Shown: piece after piece, positions 59,501-64,000 of the stretch
Numbering within the stretch: the first letter of the stretch is position 1
Layout of the letters: the number at the start of each line of letters is the position of its first letter
From: Candidatus Poribacteria bacterium
GTDB taxonomy: Bacteria > Poribacteria > WGA-4E > UBA9662
Reading direction: 5' to 3'
Length of the DNA stretch: 64,000 nt
Assembly: GCA_036339735.1 (NCBI GenBank)
Contig: JAYZAL010000066.1
Span: forward strand, 1 to 64,000
Notes under the pieces: model-generated
The model's input: the letters and a program-made list of their open reading frames with translations, nothing else
The model's database searches: none
Told to the model about the DNA's origin: nothing
Position numbers and translations under genes: made by a program

Positions 59501-60859
59501 TTATATCGAGTAAATCATTTTACTTGCTTCCTCGTATTCAGCTTGAAGTGGATCAGTTGATAAAAATAACTTTTGGTAAGGTTCATAAAGTTGGATATAA
59601 CTCCAGTTTACACCACAAGTAATTTTCTTCTCATTGCAGAGTTGCACAAAACGTCCCCGGAATTTAGCCCGAGTGGTTTCAGGTGGAAAACGCATGGCAC
59701 GTTCAATATTTTTGTCTTTACAAATTCGATGAACTAGACTTTCTCTTTCCAACTTATAGTATAATCCCTGATCGGTACGAACGTTGTGATACTGTAAGTC
59801 AAGCATCGCAACTTTCGCCGAATCCCAGTTCAAATTTCTTGTTTTTACATACTTATCAATCAGTTTCTTTTTGATAACCCAGTCAAGTTCTCTGTCTAAT
59901 TGCATTGGGTCATCGGACAAATACTGCAAGACATATTGCCAGTATTCCATTGTCTGGTCAGTGATAAAATCAGATTCCTCTTGCTCTAAATAGCGCTTGG
60001 CTGTGTAAAAGTATTCCCACTGTAATTCAACCGCAGATAAACGCTTTCCATTTTCGAGCTCGATTTTACGCGTGCAAGTTATATCATCTGAAATTTGTTG
60101 AATGGCTCGAACGGCATTTTTCAAATTGAAACTTTGCTCAATAAAACCATCTTCTATCATCCTCAAAATGATGTTGGTGGTTGCTATCTTCAAAAAGTTG
60201 GTGAATTCTGACATATTTGAGTCACCAACAATAACATGTAAACGACGATATTTTTCTCGATCTGCGTGAGGCTCATCTCTTGTATTTATAATGCCACGCG
60301 CAGTTGTAGTAGCGATTGAGATCTCCTCACGAATGTGCTGAGCCCTCTGTGAGATAGAATAACGACCATCTTTTTCAAGTTTAATCTTACCTGCGCCACT
60401 AAAGACCTGACGTGTGACAAAAAACGGTATTAACTTCGATGCCAATTGGCGAAAAGTAACTCGTCTGTCCATCAGATAATTTTCGTGGCAACCAAACGTA
60501 TTGCCGGGAGTATCTGTGTTGTTTTTGAAAACCGAAATAACTCCATCAAACCCATCACTTTTCATACGGCGTTCGGCCGAACGGGCTAATTGAGCCAGAA
60601 TTCGTTCACCTGCTTTATCATGAGCAACAAGGTCAATTACATCATCACATTCAGGTGTAGCATATTCCGGATGGCAACCTATATCTTGGTAAAATCTAGC
60701 TCCATTTTCGAGAAAAACATCTGGATACATTCGACCATGAATGATTTCACGGAACAAATACATAACAGTATTTTGAATTGACATAGGCTTTGAATTCGGG
60801 TGCTTAGGAGTACAGATGATTCCGTATTCTGTTTCAATCCCAAATATACGTCTTTTCAT
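59501..60859 (-). CDS. pafA: Pup--protein ligase
   Basis: RRIFGIETEYG, FLENGARFYQDIGCHPEYATPEC, KNNTD..GCHENY, SQRAQHI..S.ATT, INTRDEPHADREKYRRLHVIVGDSNMSE, DLQYH, VNWSYIQL. No Dop-loop insertion after the first strand. Confidence 0.93.
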   Translation of the reverse strand: MKRRIFGIETEYGIICTPKHPNSKPMSIQNTVMYLFREIIHGRMYPDVFLENGARFYQDIGCHPEYATPECDDVIDLVAHDKAGERILAQLARSAERRMKSDGFDGVISVFKNNTDTPGNTFGCHENYLMDRRVTFRQLASKLIPFFVTRQVFSGAGKIKLEKDGRYSISQRAQHIREEISIATTTARGIINTRDEPHADREKYRRLHVIVGDSNMSEFTNFLKIATTNIILRMIEDGFIEQSFNLKNAVRAIQQISDDITCTRKIELENGKRLSAVELQWEYFYTAKRYLEQEESDFITDQTMEYWQYVLQYLSDDPMQLDRELDWVIKKKLIDKYVKTRNLNWDSAKVAMLDLQYHNVRTDQGLYYKLERESLVHRICKDKNIERAMRFPPETTRAKFRGRFVQLCNEKKITCGVNWSYIQLYEPYQKLFLSTDPLQAEYEEASKMIYSI

Positions 60860-61563
60860 GACAAAATTTCGGTTATATCCTCAACGGACAAGCGAGAAAA
60901 TTTGCGCCGATTTCTTTTTTGGTCCAAGACTGCGACCTCTAGCGTCGATGGGTTAATCGCATAACGATCTACCTCGTCGACGCTATCTTCAATAGAAATG
61001 AAGGTTTCTGTAGCCAATTTTACAGCAGCTGGTAAGCTAAGTTCAGCTTGATAGGTATCTTCCAGAATTTGAGAAATTTCATCGGACCTTCCACCAATTA
61101 CGGCGTAGTCTTTTTCTTCCCAAAATGTACCATCAAAAGAAATGTGGTAAATATTATTCGCTTGATTGCCTGTTTCAGCAACCTCACAAACCAATAACTC
61201 GACTTCTAAAGGTTTAGAATCCAACTGCCAAAATACACCACCGATATATTGGGAATAAACATTAGTCAACCACTTAGCCGTAACATCTTGCCTTGTGTAA
61301 GTTAGCCCTTTGATCTCAGCGTCGCGAATACCAACAAAACGGAGTGTTTCATACTCTCGATAAAGGCCGGTCGCAGCAAACCCAATCCGGTCATAGATCT
61401 CCGATATTTTAAAAACCGTTGACAATGGATTTTCCGCGACTAAAACGATTCCTTCTGCATACTCCAGAACAATTACTTCTTTGGCCTGATCAATACCTTT
61501 ATGGACAAAATCTGATTTATCCTGCATGATCTGATCTGGAGAAACATAGTACGGTGATGCCAT
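60856..61563 (-). CDS. prcA: 20S proteasome alpha subunit (bacterial type)
   Basis: PYYVSPDQIMQDKSDF, KISEIYDRIGFAATG, KPLEVELLVCEV, LEVAVLDQ..RRKFSRL. Confidence 0.93.
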   Translation of the reverse strand: MASPYYVSPDQIMQDKSDFVHKGIDQAKEVIVLEYAEGIVLVAENPLSTVFKISEIYDRIGFAATGLYREYETLRFVGIRDAEIKGLTYTRQDVTAKWLTNVYSQYIGGVFWQLDSKPLEVELLVCEVAETGNQANNIYHISFDGTFWEEKDYAVIGGRSDEISQILEDTYQAELSLPAAVKLATETFISIEDSVDEVDRYAINPSTLEVAVLDQKRNRRKFSRLSVEDITEILS

Positions 61564-61630
61564 AAAAACAAATTCCTCGCAAGCTATCCTAGATTTCTTT
61601 AAGTCTCAATCTTCAGTAAGAGATTAATTG

Positions 61631-62464
61631 CTACTCACTTTCGGAAAGCGAGCTTTTATTTTCGCTAATCCTTTGAAAGAGATCAGTGTAAAAGGATTTT
61701 ATTATTTCTGGGGAGACTTCGGTAATGCCTGATTGATCGATAATACGAACAATCGGATAAATGTTACGAAGGAAATCTGGACCTGCGGTCCCAACATCTT
61801 CGTCTGCAGCATCCCATAGAGCATGGAGAACAGCATGAAGGGCTTCCCTTGACTTCATTTCAGGACGATACAATTTTTTAAGAGCTGACCGAGCATCCTT
61901 GCCGCCTGACCCCTCAGCATAGTAATCTACCTGTTCGTAACGCCCTCCGGTAATATCATATTTGAAAATACGCCCTATATTCTCTTTTAAATCATAGCCG
62001 GCAAAGATTGGTATGACAATCAAACCCTGAAGTGCCAAGGGTAAATTGGATTTCAGCATGTTTGATAAATAACTGGCTTTTCCCTCTAGACTTAGGTGAG
62101 ATCCTTCGACTTTCTCGTAGAACTCCACCTGAGTTTGAAAGAGTTTAGCCATATCAATACATGGACCAGCAACACCTGCAATAGCAATAGCCGAATGTGT
62201 ATCAACCTCATATACTTTTTGGACCCTACGTTCACCAATTTGGAATCCTCCAGTTGCTTGACGATCTCCTGCTACAACGACACCGTCAGCGTAAATTAGA
62301 GCTAGGATCGTTGTGCCTTCTAAGAATTGTCCCACCTCGCCACGAGGCTGAGTAGATTCTATAAACTGAGCGTTAGTAGAAAAAGATTGTAACAAGCTAG
62401 GTTGTCGACACTTCAGAATTTGAAGAAGATCATTTGTTATGTATTCTGACTGATCGGGCGCCAC
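61631..62464 (-). CDS. prcB: 20S proteasome beta subunit (bacterial type) with a 50-aa propeptide
   Basis: G|TTILAL..AGDRQAT (Thr1, Asp17, Lys33 at canonical spacing), IAGVAG, GSGG..A..ALKK, DAADED.GTAGPD. Confidence 0.93.
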   Translation of the reverse strand: MAPDQSEYITNDLLQILKCRQPSLLQSFSTNAQFIESTQPRGEVGQFLEGTTILALIYADGVVVAGDRQATGGFQIGERRVQKVYEVDTHSAIAIAGVAGPCIDMAKLFQTQVEFYEKVEGSHLSLEGKASYLSNMLKSNLPLALQGLIVIPIFAGYDLKENIGRIFKYDITGGRYEQVDYYAEGSGGKDARSALKKLYRPEMKSREALHAVLHALWDAADEDVGTAGPDFLRNIYPIVRIIDQSGITEVSPEIIKSFYTDLFQRISENKSSLSESE

Positions 62465-62685
62465 TACTCTCCTCCCCGCTGAACGTAACTTTCTATAAAT
62501 TCCTCATATTCTTCTTCTAAGATTTCATCAATTTCGTCCAGAAGCCGATCTAAATCATCTTTGATTTCTTCACCTTTTTCCGTAACCTCTTTATTTGGTT
62601 GAACAGACTCAGTGTCTTGAGTTCCTTCTTGCTCTGCACTTTGCGTGTTTTTTTCTTCTTGTTCTTTATTCTTATCAGGCGACAC
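62464..62685 (-). CDS. pup: Prokaryotic ubiquitin-like protein Pup (73 aa, C-terminal GGE)
   Basis: AGGAGGT Shine-Dalgarno before GTG 62685; polar, disordered-looking N-terminus; DLDRLLDEIDEILEEEYEEFIESYVQRGGE; TAG/GTG overlap with prcB. Confidence 0.93.
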   Translation of the reverse strand: MSPDKNKEQEEKNTQSAEQEGTQDTESVQPNKEVTEKGEEIKDDLDRLLDEIDEILEEEYEEFIESYVQRGGE

Positions 62686-62704
62686 CTTGATACCTCCTAT
62701 TTGG

Positions 62705-64000
62705 TTAAGATGAATCACTAACGGGCTCAACAGGATCATCAGAAGAAGAAAGTTTCTCGACCAATTGGCTGACACTATTACAATTGAGCAAATCACCAAC
62801 TAAGGCTTTATTACCAAAATGCGGTCGATCCATAAAGATTTTATTCAACGACGAACCTTCAGTAGAAAAGACAATCGAATTCCAACTTACGCTGTGTATA
62901 TCCGCACTAAACTTTCTTAAGCATGTGCCACGAAAATAAGCTCGAGTATCAGTTGGTGGACAGGTCATCGCGTGAATGATTTCTTCTTGGTCAACAACTG
63001 AAATCACTTGATTGTTTTTGACCAAATGATGGTATAAACCTCTATCGGAACGTAAGTCGTGATACTGTAAGTCGAGCATCTTAATACGCGAGTCTTTCCA
63101 ATTTAGATTGTGTCTTTCTATATATGCCGACATCAGTCGGAGCTTGATCACCCAATCTAAATGCTTGTCTAACTGCATAGGATTACTTTCTAATTGATTT
63201 AAGACAAAATCCCATTTAGATAAAATATCTAGGTCTGTAGAGCTTAGTTCGTCTGTGGAAAAGCTTCGCCGGACTAAATTTAGATAGTCCCGTTGTAACT
63301 CAATTGGCGATTTTTCTTCGCCTGATTCTAGTCTCAGTTTTTTCTGACAGGTTAAGTCTCTAGAAACCTTTCTAATGTCACTAACAGGATCCATCAACTT
63401 GAACTGACACTTCAACGCACCAATCTGAATCAGTCTCAAAACCAGCGAGGTAATCCCAATTTTTAGGTATATTGAAAATTCCGACATGTTGGAATCGCCA
63501 ACAATCACATGAAGGCGACGGTAGATTTCATTATTGGCGTGTGGTTCATCTCTTGTATTGATAATTGGTCGAGAAACCATCGTACTTAGCCCAACTTCGG
63601 TCTCAAAGAAATCGGCTCGTTGGGAAATCTGAAAATCAACTGGTTCAGCGCCATTTTCAAAACCGATCTTTCCACTTCCTGCAATAATTTGCCGTGTGAC
63701 AAAGAAAGGTGTTAGTGCATCCGTAAAATCCTGAAACTCAATTTCTCTTGGTACAAGATAATTTTCGTGGCTACCATAACTATGTCCTTTGTAGTCGGTA
63801 TTATTTTTATAAATGAGGATTTCTTGTTCTGCTGGTAGGGTAGCTTCAGCCTTTTTACGTGACGAATCAACAATTAGATCCCCTGCTTTTTCATATATGA
63901 CTACATCTCTTGCCGTAGTACATTCTGGTGTGCAGTATTCTGGGTGGGCATGATCAACATAATATCTACCACCGTTGATAAGAATATCGTTAATAACAGT
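62705..64000 (-). CDS. dop: Depupylase/deamidase Dop (5' end beyond the window)
   Basis: Frame is open from 64000: LINGGRYYVDHAHPEYCTPEC, KNNTDYKGHSYGSHENY, SQRADFFETEVGLSTM..RPIINTRDEPHA, PPTDTRAYFRG, VSWNSIVF. YVDHAHPEY and SQRADFFE..VGL are Dop-type. Confidence 0.92.
   Translation of the reverse strand, partial: TVINDILINGGRYYVDHAHPEYCTPECTTARDVVIYEKAGDLIVDSSRKKAEATLPAEQEILIYKNNTDYKGHSYGSHENYLVPREIEFQDFTDALTPFFVTRQIIAGSGKIGFENGAEPVDFQISQRADFFETEVGLSTMVSRPIINTRDEPHANNEIYRRLHVIVGDSNMSEFSIYLKIGITSLVLRLIQIGALKCQFKLMDPVSDIRKVSRDLTCQKKLRLESGEEKSPIELQRDYLNLVRRSFSTDELSSTDLDILSKWDFVLNQLESNPMQLDKHLDWVIKLRLMSAYIERHNLNWKDSRIKMLDLQYHDLRSDRGLYHHLVKNNQVISVVDQEEIIHAMTCPPTDTRAYFRGTCLRKFSADIHSVSWNSIVFSTEGSSLNKIFMDRPHFGNKALVGDLLNCNSVSQLVEKLSSSDDPVEPVSDSS

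Noticed and set aside
56612-60859. Functional link between ppdK and the Pup operon
   Set aside because: Only adjacency (171-nt gap, own Shine-Dalgarno); nothing in the sequence shows co-regulation or a substrate relationship.
62686-62799. Hydrophobic N-terminal extension of Pup in the ORF track
   Set aside because: Overlaps the dop 3' end; the strong AGGAGGT Shine-Dalgarno points to GTG 62685.
62705-63580. Apparently truncated 291-aa Dop (pseudogene?)
   Set aside because: The frame stays open to 64000 with all N-terminal motifs; the truncation is a window-edge artefact.
1-64000. tRNA/rRNA genes, CRISPR arrays, transposases, integrases, prophage and defence genes
   Set aside because: None recognised by eye or in the ORF translations; the other short ORFs in the track overlap confident genes in alternative frames.

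Overview
Gene-dense, roughly 40% GC chromosomal window from a diderm (Gram-negative-type) bacterium, as shown by LptD, SurA, several outer-membrane beta-barrels and lipoproteins. The style of the secreted proteins suggests Candidatus Poribacteria or a similar poorly characterised lineage; this is inference from recall, not a search. Housekeeping genes are argD, ftsEX, topA, accD, tlyA, purE, pepP, rpsA, metK-ahcY-PfkB kinase, mfd and ppdK. No rRNA, tRNA, CRISPR array or mobile element was recognised. Four things stand out. (1) An envelope-folding cluster at 33.4-47.1 kb has two cyclophilins, two degenerate parvulin paralogues (one with LysM), SurA and an LptD whose barrel carries an insert of about 400 aa of nested parvulin domains. 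(2) Two T9SS-like cargo/shuttle pairs occur: a type-B-CTD-like cargo beside a PorP/PorV-like barrel, and a 2336-aa Ig-repeat type-A-CTD-like cargo near a PorV-like barrel. (3) An actinobacterial-type Pup-proteasome operon, dop-pup-prcB-prcA-pafA, runs off the right edge. (4) A promoter-like sequence and a structured non-coding leader of about 420 nt lie upstream of purE.
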